A stretch of DNA of 51,727 nucleotides from Candidatus Thalassarchaeum sp. (GTDB lineage Archaea > Thermoplasmatota > Poseidoniia > Poseidoniales > Thalassarchaeaceae), in contig JAKURM010000004.1 in NCBI GenBank assembly GCA_022449945.1, positions 1 through 51,727 on the forward strand, in the 5' to 3' direction. This document shows positions 28,272-38,198 of this stretch, one piece after another. A model generated the notes under the pieces. That model was not told the origin of the DNA. It did no database searches and saw only the letters and a list, made by a program, of their open reading frames with translations. How positions within the stretch are numbered: position 1 is the stretch's first letter; every line of letters begins with the position of its first letter. A program made the position numbers and the translations under genes.

Positions 28272-29101
28272 TCTTCTTCACCACCGATTGCCTGGTAATC
28301 TTTCTTCTTGCCTTTTCGCCTTTTTGCAAAGGAAGAAAACCCCCCGTTCTCTACTCTTCTCATTCCAATTAGCAGGTCTGAGAACCCCGGACCTATGTCC
28401 CCGAATCCTTCCCTTAATCTTCTTTCCCAGTGTTTTATTGCCTTGTCAGACTGTGAAAGAAGCTCTCTGGCCCTATCAAGCTGGCTTCTCACTTCTCGCA
28501 ATTCATTGCTTAGGATTGTCCGCTTCTCGTAGGTTGGCTGAGCCTTTTCGACAGCTGCCAGCATTTCACCATGGGCCTTGTCTGCAGTTCTGTACAAATC
28601 TGACATTTCCTTGCTTTTTTTGATATAATCTACCATCTCTGGGTTGGATTCCTTCCTATCCTTTAGCCAACGGTCGTTTTCCTCTACAATCCTCCTCCGT
28701 TTGTCCAACAACTTCCTCTCTGCCTTGTGATCTAGGGCGGAAGTCTGAATTTTGTGTTCAATGTCTTCCAGTTCCTCCATCACCCTCTTCTTCTTCCATT
28801 TTGGATCCAGGCTCTTCATTCCTCCTTCTTCGAGAAGCTTTACTCTGGAAGATTTTACATCTGGGATTAGTGCACTTGCTCGGGATTGACTTTCATCCCT
28901 CTTCATTTTCAGTTCTGCAACTTTCTTATTTGCCCCTTCGAAGGACCTTTCCAACCTCTCTAACTTTGGTACTATGGATTCTTCTTCAGCCTCCAGGTTC
29001 CTTATTACTCCCGGTAGGCTATCTTTCAGCATCAATCTCCGCTGAAGTAACGCCCCTGCCAACTCATCAGGACCTAGCTCTAGCAACTGATTGTTGTCCA
29101 T
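28268..29101 (-). CDS. Coiled-coil protein (COG1340-like paralog)
   Basis: KVAELKMKRDE, IEHKIQTSALDHKAERKL, ADKAHGEM. Confidence 0.72.
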   Translation of the reverse strand: MDNNQLLELGPDELAGALLQRRLMLKDSLPGVIRNLEAEEESIVPKLERLERSFEGANKKVAELKMKRDESQSRASALIPDVKSSRVKLLEEGGMKSLDPKWKKKRVMEELEDIEHKIQTSALDHKAERKLLDKRRRIVEENDRWLKDRKESNPEMVDYIKKSKEMSDLYRTADKAHGEMLAAVEKAQPTYEKRTILSNELREVRSQLDRARELLSQSDKAIKHWERRLREGFGDIGPGFSDLLIGMRRVENGGFSSFAKRRKGKKKDYQAIGGEEE

Positions 29102-29153
29102 ATCCTCCGTGACGAACGAATCATTACATTAAAGGGCTATGTGAGGTGATATA

Positions 29154-30767
29154 TTGGGTTTGATTGATACGGTGCCACGGAAGGGGACGACCATGCTCTC
29201 GATGACGTCAAAATCCGCGAGCACTCCCATTATTATCGCTATTGTTCTCATTTCGTTGTCACACCATCATCCGAGTATACCAGAGCCTCTGCAAGACTGT
29301 GAAGCACTATTTACTAACACCAGCAACTCATCTGCGAATTTCACTTCTGCAGGAACCTCAACTGTTGCACTTTCTGGAGAACCGGCTCACGTCGGGGACG
29401 AGGTGGTTGCCTCGATTCTTGTCAGTAACATCGGTCATTCTACCGGATTTGCGACTTTAAACATCGAAAACGATGAAATTGGAAAATCCTATTCAGGTGA
29501 CCCTGTTGAAATTACACCAGGTTCAAGCAGGGAGATCATGACCTCGATTTTTCCGTTAAATCACGGTCCAATATCATACAGTTGGTGGGTTTCTAGTAAC
29601 GGTTCGAATGTAAACCAGAGCCTAATGGGGGATTTTAGTGTAGAGGTCCTTGCTAAGCAGTCAATTTCAACATCGATTGACAACTACGATTGGAGTGCAA
29701 CTGAAGGACTTCAGATTGATGTTTCACTATACCTATCATCTGGAAGCTCCCGAGAAGTAATTTTGGATGTTTTTGGTTCGCTAAAGGAAACTTCCTATCA
29801 TCTACAGAGTGTGGCAATTGATCTAGATCCCGGACGCAGGAACTTCCATTTTGAACTCGGAAGTCCCAATTCCGAAACTGTCGCGATAGAGTTGACCACC
29901 ATCGGTTGGCTACCTAATGCTGATTCAGTAAATTCATCATCAATTGAAGTAAACTCACCTTTGGCTGATCCTAGTCAACTGTCTGTAGAAGTTACAGTGA
30001 CAACCATGGAACCCACAGCAGGTGAACCGCTTCGATTGAAGGTGAATCTAACTAATGGTGATGACATGCAAGCCCAGAGTGGAAAAATTAGAGTGCTCAG
30101 AAGTTCAGACCAGACAATATTGGCCGAGTCGTTGATTTCCGCCGTAAATCCCGGCGTTTCCATAAGCCATGAACTCGTCATTCCATCGTGGCCTGATTCA
30201 GATAGCGCTCAATTGGAGGTCATATGGATGTATGGTGACCTTTCATCATCCAAATTTCACTCTTTAGAATCATCAGTCGAAGAGGGGGGGTTTTCTCTTC
30301 CATTCGACATTTCGGCTGCGTTATTTGGCGTTTTGTCTGGCGTAGTCATAGTCCTGTCCGGACGTCTCGTCTGGCGAGCCGCGTCATCCAGAACACCTAC
30401 TACCTCTGAATCACGAATTAGGGAAACCAGAGTTGAAAGGGACTCACGGTCCAAGAATAAGAAATTGAAAGAGGTTCCTTGTCCATTCTGCGAGCAGCGA
30501 CTATCGGTACCCGCCGACCACGTTGGCGATGCAAAATGTCCTTCCTGCTCAATGCAGTTCAGCGTAATGGGAGTAATGCCTGATTCCCCTACCCAATCAA
30601 AAAAGAACCTAGGGGAAAAAATAACGATTTTTCCAAAATCCAAGTCATCCAGCGATCTTTTACAGTGCCCGGAATGCGATCAGACCCTCAAAGTCCCAAT
30701 GGAAAAGAGGCCCGTGCAGTCTCGCTGTCCCGTGTGTAAAATAGAATTCATGGCCGAATTAGAGTGA
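29154..30767 (+). CDS. Membrane protein with extracellular Ig/CARDB-like domains and cytoplasmic double zinc ribbon
   Basis: Signal-like N-terminus, beta-rich repeats (V.N.G..G; V.LTNG), one TM helix, then CPFC..CPSC and CPEC..CPVC. Start uncertain. Confidence 0.75.
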   Translation: MGLIDTVPRKGTTMLSMTSKSASTPIIIAIVLISLSHHHPSIPEPLQDCEALFTNTSNSSANFTSAGTSTVALSGEPAHVGDEVVASILVSNIGHSTGFATLNIENDEIGKSYSGDPVEITPGSSREIMTSIFPLNHGPISYSWWVSSNGSNVNQSLMGDFSVEVLAKQSISTSIDNYDWSATEGLQIDVSLYLSSGSSREVILDVFGSLKETSYHLQSVAIDLDPGRRNFHFELGSPNSETVAIELTTIGWLPNADSVNSSSIEVNSPLADPSQLSVEVTVTTMEPTAGEPLRLKVNLTNGDDMQAQSGKIRVLRSSDQTILAESLISAVNPGVSISHELVIPSWPDSDSAQLEVIWMYGDLSSSKFHSLESSVEEGGFSLPFDISAALFGVLSGVVIVLSGRLVWRAASSRTPTTSESRIRETRVERDSRSKNKKLKEVPCPFCEQRLSVPADHVGDAKCPSCSMQFSVMGVMPDSPTQSKKNLGEKITIFPKSKSSSDLLQCPECDQTLKVPMEKRPVQSRCPVCKIEFMAELE

Positions 30768-30771
30768 TATA

Positions 30772-31446
30772 ATGACTGAATTCAGTGAAATAGAACAAAT
30801 GTACTTGAAATCAATTTTCGAGGTACATAGTTCGACTCCCGATGCAATAGTAAAGACCACACAATTGGCCCAGATTATGGATATCGCTCCTGCATCGGCT
30901 ACTGAAATGATCCAACGCCTGTCCGAACGAGGCGTGGTCACTCACATCCCTTATCGTGGGTTCCGCCTTACTCCAGAAGGATTCCAATTAGCTGCAAGAA
31001 TAAAACGTAGGGAGGGGTTGGTGAAGATTCTGCTCGCTGATGTAATAGGTTACAAGGGTAACATCAAGGAGGTCGCATGCAGAATGGAACACGCGATCGA
31101 TGATGACTTGGAGACGACTCTCGACAGGTTCCTAGGCTACCCTGAACACGATAACGATGGAAACAGGATTCCTGGGATTCAGAGGGAAATCGATTCACCC
31201 ATAATCGGCTCACTACTGCCTCTTTCCAATCTTCCCGAGGGGTCATATGCGACTATAGAACTGCTAGCATCAGATGTGGTCGACGGAATCACACTTTCCG
31301 AGGCCGGCCTTAGAGTTGGAGAAACAATTTCAAAGAATGAAGGAAAGATATACTTGGGAGGCACAGCGATTAGTGTGTCACCGAGCCTATCCATGTGTGT
31401 CATTGCTAGAGTTACTGAGATGGGGGCGGATACCGATGAGGGATGA
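30772..31446 (+). CDS. DtxR/MntR family metal-dependent transcriptional regulator
   Basis: EQMYLKSI, APASATEMIQRL, YRGFRLTPEG, ACRMEH, LGYP..D.DG..IP, FeoA-like tail. Confidence 0.88.
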   Translation: MTEFSEIEQMYLKSIFEVHSSTPDAIVKTTQLAQIMDIAPASATEMIQRLSERGVVTHIPYRGFRLTPEGFQLAARIKRREGLVKILLADVIGYKGNIKEVACRMEHAIDDDLETTLDRFLGYPEHDNDGNRIPGIQREIDSPIIGSLLPLSNLPEGSYATIELLASDVVDGITLSEAGLRVGETISKNEGKIYLGGTAISVSPSLSMCVIARVTEMGADTDEG

Positions 31447-33010
31447 TGCTGAACGGAAGTTACTCGAAGTTGAATCTGAAATGGAGTCGATGCTTGCAGC
31501 ACTTGAGGAGGGGCCTGAATCAGAAATAGAGGCCCATCTGATGGATAGTTCTAACAAAGAACCTTCTGAATCGAATTACAAGAGGTCACTGAAGGCAAGA
31601 GAGTCGGTTCTGACTGGTGTCGACGACCTGCTGATAAGCGGAGGAGCGAGGCTTATCCTGCTGCTGCCGATTATTGTTGTAGTACTTTTTGGATTTGCAC
31701 AGTCATTCCGCGACTCAGAGCCAGAGTGGTGGACAGGAAGCGTGAGTGGCCTATTACTGGATCTAAGTATTTCGAAAGCAATCTATCTTCTCGCACTGGT
31801 AATAATGGTAGCTGACTTGGTTCTATTGTTCGTTCTCCATTATCTGATGTGGTTGACTAGAAGGATTTTCAAGTTGGAGAGTGATGAAATTACAAGATCG
31901 GGAGTCACATTCCGAAGTGCCCATGGATACACGGAAATGAAGGCCGTAATTGACGGTTCTACTAGTCAGCTTAACCTGACTACATCACTGATGATAATTG
32001 CGACATTATTTCTTTCCCTAGCTCTGAACTTCTCTACAGATACGCAAGGAGTTCCCGTTCTAATTGCACTATCTACGGGTGCACTTCTTTCGGGGCACAG
32101 TGTCTACATGGTTTCGGATAGGCCAAGATTCAACACGGTAAATCCATGGGGACTATTAGATGCATTCTCTCCGCCAATTCATCCTGCTCTTCTCAACAAA
32201 CCGTTCACAGATGTTATCCGAGCCCATGTGGATCCTCTTCTTGCAGTAAGAGTTTCGAAATATGTCTCTTCATTCAATAGTAACCTACGCAAGGGCATCT
32301 CCCTTTCCGATCTCCAAGAGTACATTTTGCAAATGTTGCATATGCTGAGGTCAGGTATCATTGATGAGGATGAGTTTCAGGCTGCACTCGAATCGGTCGT
32401 CGATGCAAAAACGATAGACCAAATTATCAACCACCCAGATCTTGGTGAGGAGACACTGGAAAGGCTATTGAGCCACGCAAGAAGTAGATGCGCACCATTC
32501 TTTAGGCTCAATGATAGGCTTCGGATGCATATTAACAACACGTCCAATTCAGGAATTTGGTTCGATGTAGACATGGAGAACCTAACGCTTGGTCAGGCAA
32601 ATCTGTTTGCGTTCGTACTGAATCAGACTGAACAGAGCCAAGATCTGATTATCAGGGTTCAGACTCCTGACTTTCGACCCAATGAATGCGTCTATAGGCT
32701 AAGGGTAGAGCCCCAAGACGTATCAAATCTAGAAGGCATGCCACTATACCAGAAGATATCTGAATCGATGCTTGAGTCAGGGATAATTTGGCAGACCCTT
32801 ATTCCTTCTTCGATGGGGGACGCAACTGTAACTGTAAGGCTCGAAGACTCGGCAGGAAACCTAATTTCCGGCAAGGTTCTAACCGCCCAAGTCAGATCCG
32901 ACCTCTTTACCAGACTTAGAATGACAACCGGTGCCGTATTCATGATTGGGGCCGCACTAGCCATAGTATCTCCAATGCTTCCATTCGTAGCCAATTTGCT
33001 TGGTCTTTAG
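31436..33010 (+). CDS. Hypothetical membrane protein
   Basis: Likely ATG at 31436 overlapping the regulator's end; four TM helices, a soluble domain and a C-terminal TM. Confidence 0.72.
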   Translation: MRDDAERKLLEVESEMESMLAALEEGPESEIEAHLMDSSNKEPSESNYKRSLKARESVLTGVDDLLISGGARLILLLPIIVVVLFGFAQSFRDSEPEWWTGSVSGLLLDLSISKAIYLLALVIMVADLVLLFVLHYLMWLTRRIFKLESDEITRSGVTFRSAHGYTEMKAVIDGSTSQLNLTTSLMIIATLFLSLALNFSTDTQGVPVLIALSTGALLSGHSVYMVSDRPRFNTVNPWGLLDAFSPPIHPALLNKPFTDVIRAHVDPLLAVRVSKYVSSFNSNLRKGISLSDLQEYILQMLHMLRSGIIDEDEFQAALESVVDAKTIDQIINHPDLGEETLERLLSHARSRCAPFFRLNDRLRMHINNTSNSGIWFDVDMENLTLGQANLFAFVLNQTEQSQDLIIRVQTPDFRPNECVYRLRVEPQDVSNLEGMPLYQKISESMLESGIIWQTLIPSSMGDATVTVRLEDSAGNLISGKVLTAQVRSDLFTRLRMTTGAVFMIGAALAIVSPMLPFVANLLGL

Positions 33011-33044
33011 TTCGTTTCAATAAGGTGACTACACTCGCGAGCAT

Positions 33045-34028
33045 ATGGGACCCGAGGAATCGAGGGACGACGATCTCAGAACTAGGCTTCATGCTATGGA
33101 GTCCAAACTGAAGAGAATGAGGGATCAGAGGGGCTCCCATAACGAGGCAGCCCGACGGGCGGCCGACTCACGGAATTCTGTTCAAGAGCAGGGAAGGGAG
33201 CTAAGGGACTCCATCAAGTCAAAAATGGAGGAACAGAAAGAAGTACGGGCAAAGGCCAAATTCCATCAGGCTAGGAGAGATGAGATCCAGAAAAATGTGA
33301 GACAGCTAATTTCCAGGAAGAAGGGCAGGAGGGACGATGGACCAGGAAAATCTGTAGTTATTCAACTGTCTGAGACTATGGGGGAGATTGAAAAAATCGA
33401 AAATAGGATTATGACAGACGGCGGGCTATCATTGGAGAAGGAGAATAATCTAATCAAGAAGCTGAAATCACTAATTTCACGTCGTGAAGAGTTGATTCCT
33501 TCAGTCGAAGAACACCAGATTATTTCTATCGACTTGAGCGATATGGACGAATCGATACAGCGTCTTAGAGCCGAGGCAGACAACGAGCACCAGAAAATGA
33601 TTGATCAGAATAAGCTAGCCGATGAGATTTGGAACGATATCAAGCCCCTGTTCGAAGAGCGGGATTTCCTAAGGGGAGAGGGGGACAGACTCCACTCAAT
33701 TTTCGTTAGCGAGAGAGAAAAATCAGATGAAACTCACTCATCAATTGTTGAGATGCTTGCAAAGGTGAATGAAATCAAGGATGAGATTAAGTCCCAATGG
33801 CTAGAGCGTGAGAGATTGGTGAGGGATCACAACAAATCAGTAAGGGAGGCCTTGAAGACACCAGATCAAGATGAAAATATGGTGGACGATCTCTCAAAAA
33901 GACTCATCGAGGGGGGCTCTATTACGTTTGGTGGAACTGTCCCACCATCATCTGAGGAATTAGAACCGAGTAATAGCAACAAGAAAACTACTCGGAGATT
34001 GGGTACTAGCAGAGGGGGGAAAAGGTGA
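33045..34028 (+). CDS. Coiled-coil protein (COG1340-like paralog)
   Basis: RNSVQ..RRDEIQ..IENRIMTDGGLSLEKENNLI..ADNEHQKM..GDRLH..GGSITF. Confidence 0.75.
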   Translation: MGPEESRDDDLRTRLHAMESKLKRMRDQRGSHNEAARRAADSRNSVQEQGRELRDSIKSKMEEQKEVRAKAKFHQARRDEIQKNVRQLISRKKGRRDDGPGKSVVIQLSETMGEIEKIENRIMTDGGLSLEKENNLIKKLKSLISRREELIPSVEEHQIISIDLSDMDESIQRLRAEADNEHQKMIDQNKLADEIWNDIKPLFEERDFLRGEGDRLHSIFVSEREKSDETHSSIVEMLAKVNEIKDEIKSQWLERERLVRDHNKSVREALKTPDQDENMVDDLSKRLIEGGSITFGGTVPPSSEELEPSNSNKKTTRRLGTSRGGKR

Positions 34029-35018
34029 CTACCATCCTCGTTCTTCAAGCCTGACTTCAAGGCTGTCTATCTCCAGACCAGGCATCGCCTCTCCCACCAT
34101 CTCACTTGCTTCTGCAACAATGCCCTGATCATCAAAATGATGCGTGGCCAGAACTATTGCCTCTGCAGTGTTTTTTGGATCAGAACTCTTGAAAATTCCT
34201 GACCCTACAAATATTCCATCCATTCCATGCTTCATCATCAAAGCAGCATCTGATGGTGTCGCAATCCCCCCTGCAGAAAATGTAACCACTGGAAGTCTGC
34301 TTTGAGAAATCACATCATTCAATACCGACCCAATCTCATTACGAAGATATTCGAAATCACCAAATGGAGTTGATGAAACCTTCACCCCGAGTTCCGAAGA
34401 GTTCTCTAATCTCTTGTAACCATCCATTATCACGTCTATCATTCCTTCCAGCTTGGATTTGTTTGCACCCTTCGCCTCTTCTATCTCATAAGATACAAGC
34501 CTGGCATGTTCCACAGCACTGACTACGTTCCCAGTCCCAGCCTCTCCCTTTGTCCTAATCATTGCAGCCCCTTCTGAAATTCTCCTGACGGCTTCGCCCA
34601 GGCTCGTACAACCGCATACGAAAGGGATGGTGAAGTCATTCTTTGCTATATGGAAGAATGGATCTGCTGGGGTCAAGACCTCTGACTCATCAACCATGTC
34701 AACGCCAAGCGCCTCGAGAACACGAGCCTCCTCATCATGTCCAATTCTGGCCTTTGCCATTACTGGAATGCTAGTTGTTTCGATAATTTCTTTGATTAGC
34801 TGAGGATGACTCATTCTGGCAACTCCTCCACTAGAACGAATGTCAGCAGGTACTCTTTCCAATGCCATTACTGATACAGCACCCGCGTCTTCGGCTATAT
34901 GCGCCTGTTCAGGAGTAACTACGTCCATCACCACCCCTCCCTGTTGCATTTTAGCAAAACCGCGCTTCAGCAGTTCCGTACCATGCCTCATGGTCTGTAG
35001 ATCTAACCTATCTGACAC
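34029..35018 (-). CDS. pdxS: Pyridoxal 5'-phosphate synthase lyase subunit
   Basis: [70 protein letters not shown]. Confidence 0.97.
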   Translation of the reverse strand: MSDRLDLQTMRHGTELLKRGFAKMQQGGVVMDVVTPEQAHIAEDAGAVSVMALERVPADIRSSGGVARMSHPQLIKEIIETTSIPVMAKARIGHDEEARVLEALGVDMVDESEVLTPADPFFHIAKNDFTIPFVCGCTSLGEAVRRISEGAAMIRTKGEAGTGNVVSAVEHARLVSYEIEEAKGANKSKLEGMIDVIMDGYKRLENSSELGVKVSSTPFGDFEYLRNEIGSVLNDVISQSRLPVVTFSAGGIATPSDAALMMKHGMDGIFVGSGIFKSSDPKNTAEAIVLATHHFDDQGIVAEASEMVGEAMPGLEIDSLEVRLEERGW

Positions 35019-35069
35019 GCCCAGCGCTTCGGGTTTACATTGAAGAACCTATGTCCTGATGGGCTATGC

Positions 35070-35348
35070 TCACGAATCGGCTAAGACTGGTGAGTCTCCC
35101 TCTGCTAGCGGAAGCCCCGGCGACTCCTCTTCATTCTTTACCAACCATTCCATTTGGTCATCAGGGAGATCAATATCTGCATATATCGCCTCGGCAGGAC
35201 ACTCGGGAACGCAAGCTGCACAATCTATACACTCGTCAGGGTCAATGACGAGGTATTCTTCGGCTTCCCTAAAGGCCTCGACTGGACAGACGTGTACACA
35301 GTCTTGATATTTGCAGCGCACGCAGGCACTGGTTACTACATATGTCAT
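35070..35348 (-). CDS. 7Fe (3Fe-4S/4Fe-4S) bacterial-type ferredoxin
   Basis: [38 protein letters not shown], the Azotobacter FdI-like pattern. Confidence 0.93.
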   Translation of the reverse strand: MTYVVTSACVRCKYQDCVHVCPVEAFREAEEYLVIDPDECIDCAACVPECPAEAIYADIDLPDDQMEWLVKNEEESPGLPLAEGDSPVLADS

Positions 35349-35393
35349 ATGAAAATCTTGGACTCACGAATAGCATATCAACGCTTTCGTCAC

Positions 35394-35828
35394 TCAACGC
35401 GAATCAATTAGTTCTCGGAGAAACTTCTCTGCCACGGACAAAACATCTTCTTTGGGGTAAACCTCCAATTTGAATGTCCCCTTTATCACAGGACCATCTC
35501 CTTCACAGTCCAGAGACACATCACCCCGCACAAGTTTCTATAAGGATGACCTGACATGGATTACCATATCCTCGACAATCCTCCCTGCAAGATCATCATC
35601 AATTATCATGAAAATCTGCTCCTTCCCAAATCTGCACAATGAGGCAGCCGCTACTTTCTTCTTCATATTTGCAACAATCATTACCATTGGAGAACCATGT
35701 GCGGACTTACTGTGATTGATGGATATCTCAGACTCGCTACCAACGAACCATCGCATTGCCTCGGAAATTATCTCAATGTCATCCACTGCACTTGCATGAA
35801 CTCTCCATGACCCGCCGTGGATTCTCAT
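35394..35828 (-). pseudogene. Archaeal RNA-binding protein (PF01877/COG1325-like) interrupted by an in-frame TAG
   Basis: MRIHGGSWRVHASAVDD..HGSPM..IHVRSSL-TAG(35538-35540)-KLVRGDVSL..IKGTFKLEVYP..DSR*. Family-like sequence continues in the same frame past the stop, so this may be a sequencing error. Confidence 0.65.
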
Positions 35829-35958
35829 ACAATGCCCTAGCATCGAATGACCTTCAATGCGCCGTACGAATATTCCTAATCCCGGGATTCCGTTCAAATA
35901 CTGGTGGTAGTTCGGACGGCTCGCGAACGGGGTAGCCCCCGATAGAGGAGTTGTCATA

Positions 35959-36891
35959 ATGGCCAAAGGTGCATCGGCTAGAGCGGCAGCTCGAAGGCAG
36001 AAAGACAAATGGAAGGCAAAGCGCTGGTTCTCCATCAGGGCTCCCAGAAATCCCTGGTCGTTCAAGGTCATTGGAGAGACCATAGCGGAAGAGGAATCTA
36101 TGCTCGTCGGCCGTCCCTATGAGGTCATGCAGAGCGATCTGGATGGGGACTTCTCCAAGATGCACGTCAAAATCAAGTTCAGAATAAAGGACGTCGTAGG
36201 AAACGATGCTCTAACCGAGTTCGTTGGCCACGATGTGATGAAGGACTTCGTCAGAAGACAAATTAGGCGCGACAGAGGGAAAGTTGACGATACGATTGAT
36301 GTCGTGACCGATGACGGCTTCTTCATCAGGATTAAGCCGTTCATAGTTACTCGTTCCAGAGTCAAAGGGAGTCAGAAGCAGGAAACTCGTAGTGTTGCTA
36401 GGAATGAGGTAATTACATTCTGTGCGAAGGCTACCTGGATAGGTGTTCAGCAGGCACTATTGGATGGTTCTCTAGAGGAAAGGGTAACTAAGGCCGTTTC
36501 CAAGATTCAGCCAGTCCGTGCTGTCTTCTTCCGTAGGAGTCAACTGATACAGGATGGCGTGGTAATTGACGATGGACCAACACTCGAAGAAGTAAAAGCA
36601 GCTGAGAAGGAGTCAATAGAGGCAGCAAATAAGAGCTCCGAAGACGAGGGAATTGAGCCTGAAGAAGCAGATGTTGAAACCGAAGAGTTAGCAGAAATAG
36701 GAGACGCTGAAATATCGGATGACGCCATTACCGAGGATCAAAACGTAAGTGAAAAACCATCCGAAGAAGTAGAAGAGACAAGCCCAGATTTCGAATCAAT
36801 GACGGTTGTACAATTGAAAGAATTGCTGAAGAAGGCAGGCAAGCCAGTTTCAGGAAAGAAAGCCGATTTGGTTGCCCGTCTTTCGGAGTGA
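35959..36891 (+). CDS. rps3ae: 30S ribosomal protein S3Ae (eS1) with acidic linker and C-terminal SAP domain
   Basis: KDKWKAKRWF..IGET..LVGR..FVGH..DFVRRQIRR; tail MTVVQLKELLK..G.PVSGKKADLVARL. Confidence 0.95.
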   Translation: MAKGASARAAARRQKDKWKAKRWFSIRAPRNPWSFKVIGETIAEEESMLVGRPYEVMQSDLDGDFSKMHVKIKFRIKDVVGNDALTEFVGHDVMKDFVRRQIRRDRGKVDDTIDVVTDDGFFIRIKPFIVTRSRVKGSQKQETRSVARNEVITFCAKATWIGVQQALLDGSLEERVTKAVSKIQPVRAVFFRRSQLIQDGVVIDDGPTLEEVKAAEKESIEAANKSSEDEGIEPEEADVETEELAEIGDAEISDDAITEDQNVSEKPSEEVEETSPDFESMTVVQLKELLKKAGKPVSGKKADLVARLSE

Positions 36892-36895
36892 GGAG

Positions 36896-37657
36896 ATGCC
36901 CCGCATTGCGGTGCTTTGCGGAACAGGAATGAGCGAGTTCGCAACAGCCCTATCTTCTAATGGAGTATCTCTATCTGATTGCATGATTGCCGAATCCCCT
37001 TGGGGTGAGGTGCCACTATCCATGGTCAAGATGGAACGTGGAGAGGTGGTTATTATTGATCGCCACTACTCAAATTCAAATTCCAGGACCCCTCCCCATT
37101 CGATTAATCACAGGGCCAATGTTCATGCCGCAATTAGCAGTCATCCAGACATGGTAGTTAGCGTAAATTCCGTAGGGTCAATTCGTTCAGATTTGAAACC
37201 TGGAATGGTGACAGTGGCCGGCGACGTTCTCGATCTGTCCATAAGGCCGTGGACATTTCATGATGACAACGCAATTCACGCCGATCGAACCTCGATTTTC
37301 AGTAAAGAAGCCTCAAACACGTGCAGCAAAGCAATTTCCACAGTGCAGGATACATCCCCCAAAGGCATTGTAGTTGCCCAATGCGTAGGCCCACAATTCG
37401 AGAGCCCGGCAGAAATAGATGCTCTCGAGCGATTAGGTGCCGATGTCGTCGGAATGACTCTCGGACCCGAGTCAAGACTGATTTCCGAAAAGATGCTGCC
37501 ATATGTCTGCCTTCCATGTTGCTCTAATTGGGCAGCTGGACGAACACCCGGTGACCCTGCTGCAGAAATCTCACACCACGAAGTCGATGCTATTGCTTCT
37601 GGAATGAGGAATGTTGTAGCATTATGCATCACTTCTCTACTAGATGAACTACAGTAG
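36896..37657 (+). CDS. PNP/MTAP family nucleoside phosphorylase (likely 6-oxopurine or methylthioinosine type)
   Basis: GTG, SPWG, PPHSINHRAN, SVGS, GPQFESPAEI, DVVGMT, NWAAG (Asn rather than the MTAP Asp). Confidence 0.85.
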   Translation: MPRIAVLCGTGMSEFATALSSNGVSLSDCMIAESPWGEVPLSMVKMERGEVVIIDRHYSNSNSRTPPHSINHRANVHAAISSHPDMVVSVNSVGSIRSDLKPGMVTVAGDVLDLSIRPWTFHDDNAIHADRTSIFSKEASNTCSKAISTVQDTSPKGIVVAQCVGPQFESPAEIDALERLGADVVGMTLGPESRLISEKMLPYVCLPCCSNWAAGRTPGDPAAEISHHEVDAIASGMRNVVALCITSLLDELQ

Positions 37658-37670
37658 TATCAATATCCAA

Positions 37671-38195
37671 CTATCCAAAGAATTCTAGTTGTAATTCAGA
37701 AACATGGTCTCGCGAAATAGCATTTGAGTATGCTTCCAAGGGTTCTTTATTCAACTCTAGAAACTGCTTGCCAAAATTGAATGGCTGCAGGATACTCAGA
37801 GCCTGTTCATTATGGCCTAATATTGAGAGAGATGCCGCCAGCGCTTCTACAGATGACAATCGGCCGGCCTTTCCCCAAGAAACAGGGTTTGCGGGGAGTA
37901 AAATCGGCAGAATTCTACTCTCCAAATTCGTCTTACCTTCGATGAAATTTATAGACTCATGAATTTTTTTCCATGAGCAGTCAAGAACCACCAATGAAGC
38001 ACCCAATTCGATTAATTCCCTGTCTTCGGGTCCCATTATGACCGTTGAATTTGGATCAAGAAGATAGCCTCTGCGGGGGGCCAAATCTGCCTTATTGTGA
38101 ACCCTTGCAAGTCCCTGTTTTCCTAACTTCCTTGCTGTGCATTTTCTCGGGTCATCCTGTGCTAGATGAATGACATGAAGTGGTACAAGGCTCAC
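37671..38195 (-). CDS. tsr3: 16S rRNA aminocarboxypropyltransferase
   Basis: QDDPRKCTARKL, LDCSW, RILPxLLPANPVSWGK..LSSVEALAA, FLELN. Confidence 0.93.
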   Translation of the reverse strand: MSLVPLHVIHLAQDDPRKCTARKLGKQGLARVHNKADLAPRRGYLLDPNSTVIMGPEDRELIELGASLVVLDCSWKKIHESINFIEGKTNLESRILPILLPANPVSWGKAGRLSSVEALAASLSILGHNEQALSILQPFNFGKQFLELNKEPLEAYSNAISRDHVSELQLEFFG

Positions 38196-38198
38196 GTT

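Noticed and set aside
35538-35540. Pyrrolysine or alternative genetic code
   Set aside because: TAG is a normal stop for other genes here (e.g. 4686, 12862, 33010), no pyl genes are seen, and the site lies in an error-like patch.
35829-36083. ORF-track N-terminal extension of the 35538-36083 ORF
   Set aside because: Overlaps rps3ae on the opposite strand; family-like sequence begins at ATG 35828.
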